A stretch of 64,000 bases of DNA from Phoronis australis (Eukaryota > Animalia > Phoronida), in the NCBI GenBank assembly GCA_002633005.1, contig NMRA01000175.1:271432-335431 (forward strand), given 5' to 3'. The translations under genes and the position numbers were made by a program. The notes under the pieces are model-generated. The model worked only from the letters and a program-made list of their open reading frames with translations. It was not told the DNA's origin and did no database searches. Below are positions 52,189-62,368 of this stretch, one piece after another (within the stretch, counting starts at the first letter, position 1; each line of letters starts with the position of its first letter).

Positions 52189-52365
52189 GTGAGTGAGGGC
52201 TAAAGGGCAAAGTTTAAAGGACAACTAACTGAACTGTTGATGTATGGAAAACCACTCATTGACTAAAGCTTCATTTTTTTGATAAAGAATTATTGTGCTT
52301 CGCAGTTATAATTTTGCCTCACCATTGTGATGTACGTGGTGTTGATGGTCTACTGTGATTTCCAG

Positions 52366-52538
52366 ACAACTGTCATTGTAAAGAAGAGGTTGAACTAGAA
52401 GAGGCCGTGGCACTGGCCAAGGCGATGGAGATCTCAGAGAAACAGGATGCACTGCCAATAGTGCCTGGGCTAAGAGGATGTCACGCAGGGGGAGACGGGG
52501 AGGAGGAGAAGACATTGGTGATACAGGTGCAGAAAGAG
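52366..52538 (+). CDS. MAP3K1: MAP3K1 exon 14, ubiquitin-interacting motif (CKEEVELEEAVALAKAMEISEKQDALPIVPGL)
   Basis: Matches the MEKK1 UIM followed by QDALPIVP; phase 1 to 0. Confidence 0.93.
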
Positions 52539-52915
52539 GTGAGTGGACTAGGGGCATACGTAGAAGTAGTTGGTTTACATCTATTTTATTTTAATTGTGT
52601 GTTTGTCTACATTGATAAATAATGTAGAAAATAAATCTGAAACTAAATAAGGCGATCCAGATCCTCCCAAGGATACTATTGTTTCACGAAATGTAGGACA
52701 AAGGATGTTATTACATCCGAAAATTTCAGATTTCAGTTGATCCATTCTTGTTGTTTTATTTACCGATTTATATTCTACATTAATACAGATGTCATGCATG
52801 GTTTTTCGCTCTGTAATGGATTCATGCTGTAATGCTCAGCTGTGTTGAGGCTCATTTTATTTGTCTGTCAAATGACATGCTTGCTTTAATTGCTAACAAA
52901 GTGTCAATCTTCCAG

Positions 52916-53059
52916 GATGGTAGTACTGATGGCCATGCCCCTAAGGAGTACAAGGAGAACAAGCAGTGGGTGAGGGGCGAGATGATAGGGACGGGGGCGT
53001 TCAGCACTTGTTACCAGGCAAGAGATGTACAGACAGGAGTGCTCATGGCTGTCAAACAG
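52916..53059 (+). CDS. MAP3K1: MAP3K1 exon 15, kinase subdomains I-II ([31 protein letters not shown])
   Basis: Gly-rich loop and the AVK catalytic lysine. Confidence 0.97.
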
Positions 53060-53461
53060 GTACAACAAGACAAGTTTCCGTGGAAACATAAACATTTAGT
53101 GCATGTACGGATTTAGAGGGTGAGGGGGTCGTTCCCTCCTGATATGACCACGAAAAAAAAATATTGCATAGACTACTGATTGTAGGGCTAACATGAACAT
53201 TTTGTTCTTTGGACATTGTTGCCCTGTACTGTCATCCTGGATGCGGCAGTGTATTGTATTCACAATCTTGCCTGATCCATGTGAAATACACGTGATATGA
53301 GTTTGAAAGGTAAAATTTTGCATTATGGAGGCACAGAATTACAGACATGCATGCATCTGCCAAACTTGGCTGGTCAAATTATCATGGTATAATTAGAAAT
53401 TTTAATTGAATGTGTGGTTAACATTTTGATCGCATCTGTCGCCTAGAACCAGGCCGCTACT

Positions 53462-53682
53462 GACACATGCGTAGTATGGAACTGACTGGTTCCTTTCCAT
53501 TTAGACACATGCGTAGTATGGCACTGACTGGTTCCTTTCCATTTAGACACATGCGTAGTATGGCACTGACTGGTTCCTTTCCATTTAGACACATGCTTAG
53601 TATGGCACTGACTGGTTCCTTTCCATTTAGACACATGCGTAGTATGGCACTGACTGGTTCCTTTCCATTTAGACACATGCGT
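53462..53682 (+). repeat. 42-bp minisatellite, 5.3 copies, intronic
   Basis: Unit gacacatgcgtagtatggcactgactggttcctttccattta at 53462, 53504, 53546, 53588, 53630, plus a partial copy at 53672. Confidence 0.97.
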
Positions 53683-53910
53683 TATGACTGCTTGTCTCAT
53701 GTTTGGAAAACAAATCATTTCCAGAAGAGTAGTGTGTTATCAGTGCCTTCCAGTAAGGCCATCTCATTCCGCCTTTGCCACCTAAGTGAAACTACAAAAG
53801 TTGCAAAGGGCAATCACTTTTTGAAAAACTATCCCACATCTTAACACTACTCCCTGCAATAATGGGTTTATTTCTGCTGGTGTCTTATCAACTCTATTAC
53901 CTGTCCCTAG

Positions 53911-54205
53911 ATCTCGTTCTGCCGTAACTCCAAGACTGAGCAACAGAAAGTGGTGGAGGCCGTTAGTGACGAGATTCAGATGATGGCTCGTCTCAACCAT
54001 CCAAATATCGTACGCATCCTAGGTGCCACACAGCAGGGCTATCATTTCAACATGTTTGTCGAGTGGATGCCAGGGGGCTCTGTCGCTTATCTGTTGGACA
54101 AGTTCGGCGCCTTCTCTGAACCTGTCATTACCAGTTACACGCAGCAGGTGTTGATAGGATTGTCCTACTTACACGAACACCACATGCTCCACCGTGACCT
54201 GAAGG
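53911..54205 (+). CDS. MAP3K1: MAP3K1 exon 16, kinase III-VIb (ISFCRNS...LNHPNIVRILG...HRDLK)
   Basis: HRDLKG catalytic loop; canonical splice sites. Confidence 0.97.
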
Positions 54206-54532
54206 GTAGGTCATCGTCATGGCTACTATTTAATCGAGCATATAGGTGAACTTTCATTGGCGAGTGGTTCACCTGTGTACCATCAGTTTACTGATTCTAG
54301 TTTTTGTTTTTGCAAATGTTTGATAAGTCTGCTCTTTGGTTGCTTCAAACTGTTAGCAGAAAACTATTGTCATGTTTCATGTACTTAGTTAAGTTTATTC
54401 GCCATCTACAATGGAACATGAAATGGGTTTCTTTTTATACTCCAGTCCCTAGATGGGATGTGTATCATCCAATATGCATGTTTTGGTAATTTATTAATTC
54501 AAACCATTAATTTCCCCTTGTTCTCTTGCTAG

Positions 54533-54675
54533 GAGCCAATATTCTGGTGGATAGTACAGGCAAGCGTATCCGGATTGCTGACTTTGGGACAGCAGCCCGC
54601 CTGGGCTCACATCAGACTGGCGCTGGGGAGTTCCAGGGGCAGATGCTGGGTACCATAGCTTTCATGGCTCCTGAG
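54533..54675 (+). CDS. MAP3K1: MAP3K1 exon 17, kinase DFG and activation loop to APE
   Basis: [47 protein letters not shown]. Confidence 0.97.
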
Positions 54676-55447
54676 GTGAGTGGTACTGCTATATGGTTGA
54701 TGATCTCTACAAGTTGTCCCTCATCTGTGATGGGATTGAGTTCATCACTCAAAACGCAGAATTTGAATTACCGTAGAATGAGTCTGAAATAATATTGAGA
54801 TTAGGTTGAGATTGGCCCTTCACATATTGTAGATCCCGGCACAATAAGAGACACTGGGCATACTGTAGGGGTATTTCACATCTTATGTTTAGTCCTACTC
54901 GCCCATCAGTATCATTGAATGGCAACTTGGCCTATTGTGAGGGACAGCCTGTATACGCCACAGTAACTGATTGGTAGTCGAACCTCGTTACACTGTACCT
55001 TAAGCCACCTTTGGAATTAGTATGTTATAATGATAGTTCATTGGGACCAGGGTAAACTTTTTGTATGTCATTTATGTCTTGAATGACTTCAGTCATAAAC
55101 CTTTTGCCACAGGCCTTCATGAATGCTGTTTTCTGCGCTGGATATACATTAGGTTTCGTGTTAGAGATTTTAGATATAGATAATTGTTATAACTGGTTAG
55201 TAGTTCTATACACAATTCAAAAAGTGATAAGTATATATTTGGTTGGTGTGTAAGTGCGTGTTCACATTCTTCAGATTGAGGGGCTGCAAAGTCGGCCGCT
55301 GTTCATTGTAAACATAGCTTAGGTATAAGCAAATGCGAGTACTCCTGAGTATAGTGTCAGCCAAGCCAGGTTGCACTTATAAATGCCAGCATTGTCTCAT
55401 TCATTAAACTTGCTATAAACTATCCTGGTGTTACCTTTTTGCCTCAG

Positions 55448-55579
55448 GTGTTGCGAGGGGAGAGCTATGGCCGCAGTTGTGACATCTGGTCTGTTGGCTG
55501 TTGTATGATAGAGATGCACACCACCAAGCCACCGTGGGGCGCTAGTGATGTATCTAATCACCTCAAGCTGATGTACAAG
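55448..55579 (+). CDS. MAP3K1: MAP3K1 exon 18, kinase IX-X ([18 protein letters not shown]...SNHLKLMYK)
   Basis: Conserved motif; canonical splice sites. Confidence 0.97.
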
Positions 55580-55961
55580 GTATGTTGCATTTATTTAGTC
55601 CACTTTGCACCTATTGGTAGTCAAATTTTGTTAATTCCTATCACTTAACCAGAGGCACTAATATGGTAAGTTTGCTTAAGCCGGACATGCATAAGTCAGA
55701 TTTTTGCTTAACTCGGACAAAGCTCTTCAGCGTTGTTATTCTAGCTTGTAGACTGAGACCTTCAGATAAGTCAGATTTCGCCTTACTCTGATAAAATATC
55801 TCTGTATGGTTGCAACTGTATTGCTTATGTCAACTTTTAGGTGTAGGCAGTAGTTAATCTCAGATGACTTGTGTGTGGGGCTGGGATGTTAGTGGTCATT
55901 TTAATAGGTGGTCAACCTATGACATACACGTTCCTTACATAACGACTGTTTTCCCATTTAG

Positions 55962-56123
55962 ATCGCATCTGCCAAAGACCCCCCTCCCATCCCAGATGGC
56001 ATGTCCCCTGCTGTTAAGGACCTTCTGCTACGCTGTGTTGAGGTCAACCGTGAGCACCGTCCATCAGCGAAGGAACTATTGCAGCACCCCCTGTTTACCA
56101 GGTACAGGTTGAAGCCAAAGTGA
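55962..56123 (+). CDS. MAP3K1: MAP3K1 last coding exon (IASAKDPPPIPDGMSPAVKDLLLRCVEVNREHRPSAKELLQHPLFTRYRLKPK*)
   Basis: Kinase subdomain XI; stop TGA at 56121-56123. Confidence 0.95.
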   Translation: MASAKDPPPIPDGMSPAVKDLLLRCVEVNREHRPSAKELLQHPLFTRYRLKPK

Positions 56124-58865
56124 GGTCGGGGAAAAGCGCCCCCTAAAGAGCTAAAGATCAACTAATATCTAATGTTGACAAGAGCTGCCTGTAGTTCTTG
56201 CCTGTGTATCAAATAATGTGAGCTGTGTTCTGACGGACGAGGCCTTCTTGAGGCATTTTTGCCATATTTTTGATACAATGTTACTCTCTACTCTTCCTGA
56301 TTTTTTATTGGGTGCAAGAAGCAGAGTTTAAAGTGGAGTTATCAGATTTGTTGACAATCATCAGCTGGTTCTGATGTCAAGAAGAACGTGAACGATGTGG
56401 TGTGTAACTGGTTAATTTGGTTATGTAATCAACAAATTCCGTCAGTGGTGCAGGGGTTTTGTAATTTTCTAACAACTTTTGATAATCATTTATCGTTGAT
56501 TTTGACATTTTTACAATAACTGTTGTAAAACTAGTCTCTGCTCTGTGCCCTCTTTGTTATCTCTTCTGAAAATTGATAAATCTGTTACAGCTCCCTGACG
56601 CATGGTGATGTTCAGTTTACCATGCAGTCATGTGTGGCGCGTATTGCCACATTGACGGATTCTGATAAATGTAACAAGTATGTCTGCCAATATTTTAGAT
56701 GGGTTTACTAGACAGTTAAATCTTTTAGTTATCAGTTTTACACTGTTGTGGGAAAACTTTATACTTAGATTTGTCAAGCTCCTTTTCTAAAATAACCAAT
56801 GTTAATTATTGTATATTTTTAGAAAAAGAATCGACGTTAAATTCTTACTGCTGTTTCATGATCGAATAATAAATTGTTAAAAATTTTAAGTTACAACATT
56901 GATGTTAAGTTCAGTGCATACGACACCACTCATCTCAACTCAACTAAACTGTTAACACAAGTTGCCTTGTGTCGGACGCTTTATGACACAACTCTACTCA
57001 ACTCAAGCTATAATATTATCCTGCTCATCATCAGAACTCAAGTTTTGAAAGCAGTGTTGTGATATTACCACAATTTAAATTTGTTTGAGAAAACACTGCG
57101 TCCGAGGTGCCACAAGAGTGGTAAATGTGTCACCTTAAAGTAAAATGGTGCAACTGACATAAGCAGGAAGTGAAGAAATGCGAGATTTCAAAGTACGACT
57201 ATTTACTAGTCGTATGCAAAATATCACTTGAAAATATTCTATGTAGATCTAGCAGCCTGGAATAGAAGCTTGTTCTTCATGTTCCAAAATTGCAGGCATT
57301 TGGGAAAAGCTTCATTAGTCAGCAACTAAGGGTTGTATAATGTACTATTATTGAATTTGTGCCAGCTGCATTAAAGTGGTACCATTGTTGCCAATACGCA
57401 AGTTTGCAGTGCTACATGAATTTTTCATCTAGAACAGTTGTCAATAATTCAGATAAGTTGTGTTGTGTGGTTGCTCTCCTTTAGGTCAATGTTTTTTGTA
57501 CTCAATAGAATGAATTTATGTGCCAAATAATCTGTTCACTATCAGGTTCTAGTGAAAATCAATAGTGTCTGCCTCTGAGTTGTGTTGAGAAATAGGGGCA
57601 CGTAATATCAAAGGTGATATGCCCAATGGTAGCTAAAGCCATTGTATAGGAAATTTTTTCCAGCACATAGTACGTTTATGTCTGGATTATGAAACTGTTG
57701 AGTGTGAATTCGGTCTACATTCAACTTCATCTTGTATGCAATGTATTGTAGTATCACATTCACATGTTGCGTGGCAACAAGCATCTTCGATACAATCAGG
57801 TGTACTGCCTTTAACAAAATTGACCCCTGAAATGCAAGTCGGATATGACGTGCCCACATTTTTGAGAACCAGATTTCTCCACTGAATAACTGGCATCAAA
57901 CTGGTTCTTAAAATGTGGGCCCATTAGATCCGACAACTACCCTGAAATGTAACGAAAATGGTATTAAAAGTTGTATTATAAGGGCCACCCAACTTTTGGA
58001 AATAAAAGGTGCGACCCTTCATAGTAGACTACTGGTGCAGGAATAAAAGTATTTCTACTTTACATACGCTTTTTCTGTTTAAACACTTCACAAGAGCAAG
58101 AATGTCCCTTGTATTAGAGGTAAAGTTCAAACAAGAAATTTAGAAATGCAACTGCGCGACGAGCGTTTTGCCAGTATGGACACCAGGGGATGCTGCAAGT
58201 CAGAATTGGTCCTCAAATTTGGTGACAACACATTTTTATAAACCAACCTGAAACTGGAGTGCTAAAATCTGTTCAGGTGTTTTGAAAAAAAAGAAAGGCA
58301 CAAGTTGACGTTTTTGCTTGGATCAGTCTATCTGTTTTGAAAAAAGACCAGAAATTTAAATTGCAACTAGGAGGCGAAGCACCAGTGGGATTCATTCAGG
58401 AAGATGTTTAAATGCTGTCCAGAATACAAGCATGCCAAGTTTCGTCAAGATTTTTCTCAGGTTTATGAGACCAAGACATAACTGCCACTAGGAAGCGGCA
58501 CCATCGGTAAGGTCTGAGACTTGTGTTCGGGTCCATGAAAACTGACTGCAGAGAACTAACTGATGTCCCCAAGACTATGAAAGCCAACTAAATGCTAGTG
58601 AAACCTAAAAAGACCACGTGCTTCACATGGCTACACATATTTGTTATGATTTGGTCAAACGCCAGTGACTACCTTCAGACAGTAAACACTCGTAGCTGAA
58701 GAAGTATCTGAAGGTGGCCAAACATTACACTTGATCCCTTACAATCTATAGAGTCGTGTCCCTCCATTAGCAAAGACATGAAAAAGGTTTCCAGGAAATG
58801 CACTGGTTTCTTGGCAATTTCTCAAAAGTCAACACAGAAAAGAATTTGAGGAAAGGCACAGTAAG

Positions 58866-58871
58866 TTTATT
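58866..58871 (-). terminator. Candidate polyadenylation signal for the peroxiredoxin
   Basis: tttatt = AATAAA on the minus strand ~640 nt after the stop, followed by a T-rich tract. Confidence 0.5.
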
Positions 58872-59506
58872 ACATTTATGAGCAGAACAACAGTCCAACT
58901 GTGTTGCACAAGCTAACAACCACTACTTTAGTGAGACTGCAGGAATTTAACATTGGGAGATTAAGAAACAATCAACGGAGATGCCTAAATCTACAACTTC
59001 ATGGACATGATGGAGAATAACTATTAGTAGTGTTGAGGAACACCCAAGGACTGTTTTTTATCAAATGTCGCAAGACAGTCCGGTCTTGGCTAAGAGAGTC
59101 ACATAACTTCCAAGCTCAATTTGTACATCGTTAATTAATGTGGCTCGTTAAAGGCAGCTGTTGAGTCGGGTTATGAAAAATTACGAACTTGATATTAGTT
59201 GCATCGTTTCGCTCTCATAAAAAATGCAGCATTGCCTTTGCAAAACGTGCCAATGACGTATTTACGACTTGATAAAACAGGTCCTTGGTTTGTATGGTCA
59301 ACAATAAAAACGTAACCGGAAAGAAACCTAGCTGTGAGATCAGACACTGGGTCACTTGAACTCCATTACCTAAACCGTCTATTTGCCAGGTAGACGAGAG
59401 TTAATACATTTTCAAGGAAGATGGCCAGTGAACTTTATACCAAAGAATGTCTTATTAAAATAAATAAATGGCCAATTTAACAGTTGAGTGAAAGTGGCAA
59501 TCTCGA

Positions 59507-59720
59507 TTACTGCTTCTGGAAGTATGACTTGCTCTGCTTGACATCCGGTGTTATGGTGTCTGCACCTGGTTTCCAGCCAGCCGGACACACTTCGCCATGC
59601 TTGTCAGTAAACTGAAACGCCTGGACCAGACGAAGAGTCTCGTCCACCGACCGACCCACGGGGAGGTCATTGACTGTGATTTGACGCAGAATACCTTTAT
59701 CGTTAATAATGTACAGGCCT
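59507..59720 (-). CDS. PRDX1: Peroxiredoxin last exon ([70 protein letters not shown])
   Basis: Resolving Cys motif, stop TAA, acceptor ttttcag. Confidence 0.97.
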
Positions 59721-59838
59721 CTGAAAAGAAACGAGATGGAACCACATTAATTGGAGGTTGTATTAAATGGTACAGTAGACTATGAGACGGTAACCACCTG
59801 AACGTCAGGTCTACATATTTTAAAAAATTGTAATAGAC

Positions 59839-59935
59839 AGGGCTCAACATTAACTTTTTAAGCCACTTGCCCTTCGGGCAAGTAGTTGAAATTTTTACTT
59901 GCCCGAACAACAAATTCACTTGCCCCAAGTACAAT
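59839..59935 (+). mobile_element. Terminal fragment of a hAT-like non-autonomous DNA transposon
   Basis: Starts cagggctcaacattaac with repeated acttgccc/gggcaagt subterminal motifs. The other end is not found before the N at 60075. Confidence 0.5.
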
Positions 59936-60137
59936 CCCAAATAGCACCGTGCATGTGCACACCTAGGTAATGTGTTACCGTAGGGCTGCCTGAGTGCGCT
60001 GAGCCTCCTCTTGTGTCGTGCATGCTATGAGTAGCTATTTTTTAACGATTCTTCTTATAGAACATTTATTTATANTAGATAAGCTGTTATAACACATCCC
60101 AATGTTTGCATGTGTCCAATGTTATACATACATACTT

Positions 60138-60623
60138 CAGGGCTTGGAATGACCAATGGCGAAAAACACGGAAATTTTTGCAGCCCAAAACATGCGCGCT
60201 TCCCAGCCTTGAAATAGTCGATGTGGACCATTTGCCGACAAAAATCGGGGAGACTAAACAAACAGTACCACCTCCAGAAGCATGCGTCAGCGTCTTTTTA
60301 GCTCCCACCTCCACACATTTTCGGCTGCAGAGTCATAGTATTTGTCACCGCGGTTTACAATGACACGAGACGCCATTGAAAAATCCACCACGCTATCCCA
60401 GATACCCCGGCAATGTTGAAAATTTACGTTCCTCCGAAACATTAAGAGCAACTTCCACTTTTCGAGGTGAAAGTCGTCGGCAACGCCGCGGTAAGAAAGG
60501 AATTTGCCGCGGAAATTTTATATCAAATCCGATTTTTTTTAACGCAGAAATATAATAAAATACGCGGACAGAACTTTTGAAAAAAGCGGAAATCCGCATT
60601 TCCGCGAAAAATTCCAAGCCTTG
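60138..60623. mobile_element. 486-bp MITE with TIRs and a target-site duplication in a peroxiredoxin intron
   Basis: TIRs cagggcttggaat / attccaagccttg (12/13 match), flanked by direct atactt on both sides; CpG-rich with repeated gcggaa/ccgcg subterminal motifs. Confidence 0.85.
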
Positions 60624-60757
60624 ATACTTGTGGAGAAATGGTCACTGGTCATATTGAATCAATGATCTCCACTGCCTTATATTTCATGAAAGAAAATTTG
60701 CACTCATTCAGAGACAAAATAACAGCCACTGACTTCAGTAAATGACTTTAACCTCAC

Positions 60758-60880
60758 CTGAATGCCACACCTTCGTCTTCCATCAGGCATCCGTAATCGC
60801 GTGCAATTTTCATCGTCTTGTCTGCCAACAGGGGGATCTGCATCTTCCCAAGGCCGCCCTGCTTACGAGGAGTGTTCGTC
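60758..60880 (-). CDS. PRDX1: Peroxiredoxin coding exon 3 ([41 protein letters not shown])
   Basis: GGLG motif; phase 2-2. Confidence 0.97.
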
Positions 60881-61427
60881 CTGAAACCGAGACAATAGTA
60901 AAATGAGAATGAGGCAGGAATGAACGAACTGTAATCGTTGCAATAACAGATATGATACACATTGCAGTTTTATGAGAGAAACGACACATACTGCCTGCAA
61001 AACAAGTTCTATAACTGCACCACAGATAGCTTCTTACGCAGCTGATATGATACCAAACAAAAAATGCAACACAGACTTTGCTGTAACTCCATTACACAAG
61101 AGTTCGCAAACGACAGGATCTAGGTCTGCACATTAGTAATGTGTAAACACACACTGTTCTCCTGAAACTAGAACAAATCAAATCAAAATCTACCAGACTT
61201 TGGTTGGGAAAACAGTTGAATGGTCAGGACAATATACGCAATCAGAAAACAAGTTTCTACTTGCCAGTTAAGTATTAACAGATACCTAATCTTCCATTGA
61301 GACAACCCATGTTGAACCTATGTGAACCAATAAGTTTCATCCAGGTGTTTTCCAGTGCAGCCTAATTACCATTAAAGTGTTCCTTTTTAATGCTGTAAGT
61401 GTTCCACCTTTAACCCCGTTAACTCAC

Positions 61428-61544
61428 CAGGCAAGATGGCTGAACTCGCTGTCTGTTGACGCGGCGATGACCTCACAGTTGATGGCTCGGAACTCCTCTA
61501 CACGATCGCTGAATGCAATGATTTCAGTTGGACACACAAATGTA
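61428..61544 (-). CDS. PRDX1: Peroxiredoxin coding exon 2 ([39 protein letters not shown])
   Basis: Peroxidatic Cys; phase 2-2. Confidence 0.97.
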
Positions 61545-62231
61545 CTGCAAAAGAAGTTTTTTGCAACCCATTACATTTCGTGGCTCACACAAAGACACAG
61601 GGACCATATCAGCATTTAAGTTCAAGGCAGGGAGATAATGCAACTGACATTTTTTTTTGTTAGTAAATCAAATAGAAGAATGCACTTAATTACAGGACTA
61701 AGAGTGCCCAACATAACAAAACTCAACAGACAATTTGGTGAAGCGCGGTCATATTAAAATTGTTAACAACATGAACACCAGCGGTCAGGATTTATAAATG
61801 GCCAATGACGAGTTTCTGGACAAAGTCATTGCGATGGACAAGATTTTTTCAACAAATCCCACACACTAGATGCCATCAGCATGTGCTGATGAGCTAGCCA
61901 GCCACCAACAGGCGGCTCAACACAGCAGCATCTCCCTGCTGGAGTCTAATGCTTCCAGTCTTTACTGACTTGCAGAGACTGGGGAATTTAAGAATTTGGC
62001 CACATCATTATCACCTGGGCACTGATTAGAAAAAGAGGCTAGTAAATATGTGGTAAGGGATTTCTTACACTCATTAGAAAATAAACTAAAACTTGATATT
62101 TTTCTTTCGAGTACAAAAATGGAGGATCTCAAACACTAATAACTGGTATGAAATTTTTTGGCTAGTTGAAATATAGCCTCAAATTACACACGCACGCACA
62201 CATATACAGAAAGTTGGCGGGCCTCACTTAC

Positions 62232-62368
62232 AAGTCGAGTGGGTAGAAAAACAGCACTAGGTATTTTCCTTTGTAGTCCGACAGTTTAATCTCCCCAAAT
62301 TCACCATTGCTGAGAACAGCTTGGCTGGCAAAGTCTGGGGCAGGTTGACCGATGGATGCTTTGGACAT
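62232..62368 (-). CDS. PRDX1: Peroxiredoxin coding exon 1 ([46 protein letters not shown])
   Basis: accATG lies 9 nt after acceptor ttccag, so an upstream UTR exon must exist (not located); donor gtaagt. Confidence 0.97.

Larger units (their letters stand above)
24723..56123 (+). other. MAP3K1: Gene span (ATG to stop) of mitogen-activated protein kinase kinase kinase 1 (MEKK1); 19 coding exons, 4824 nt CDS, ~1607 aa
   Basis: All exons join in frame. The SWIM, RING, TOG-like, UIM and STE11-family kinase segments closely resemble vertebrate MAP3K1 as I recall it (e.g. [44 protein letters not shown]). Confidence 0.95.
59507..62368 (-). other. PRDX1: Gene span of a typical 2-Cys peroxiredoxin (Prx1/2, AhpC-TSA family), 196 aa; join(62368..62232,61544..61428,60880..60758,59720..59507)
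   Basis: FFYPLDFTFVCPTE peroxidatic motif, GEVCPAGW resolving motif, and GGLG and YF motifs; no targeting peptide. Likely co-orthologous to vertebrate PRDX1/2. Confidence 0.95.

Noticed and set aside
50229-52196. The 655-aa ORF as a standalone gene
   Set aside because: It is an internal MAP3K1 exon. The ORF's ATG lies upstream of the acceptor at 50244, and both ends splice in frame.
52306-52365. Alternative acceptor (cttcgcag at 52305) 60 nt upstream, with an in-frame TGA (possible selenocysteine or readthrough)
   Set aside because: The extension has no MEKK1 similarity and I found no SECIS. The acceptor at 52365 gives the conserved sequence.
53443-53844. Repetitive ORFs (HTTHVSKWKGTSQC, MALTGSFPFRHMRS) and a CRISPR-like look
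   Set aside because: They are by-products of a 42-bp tandem repeat in a MAP3K1 intron. There are no unique spacers and no cas genes, and the context is eukaryotic.
59551-59940. 129-aa minus-strand ORF over the peroxiredoxin
   Set aside because: It is in the wrong frame relative to the Prx exon and starts within a transposon fragment.
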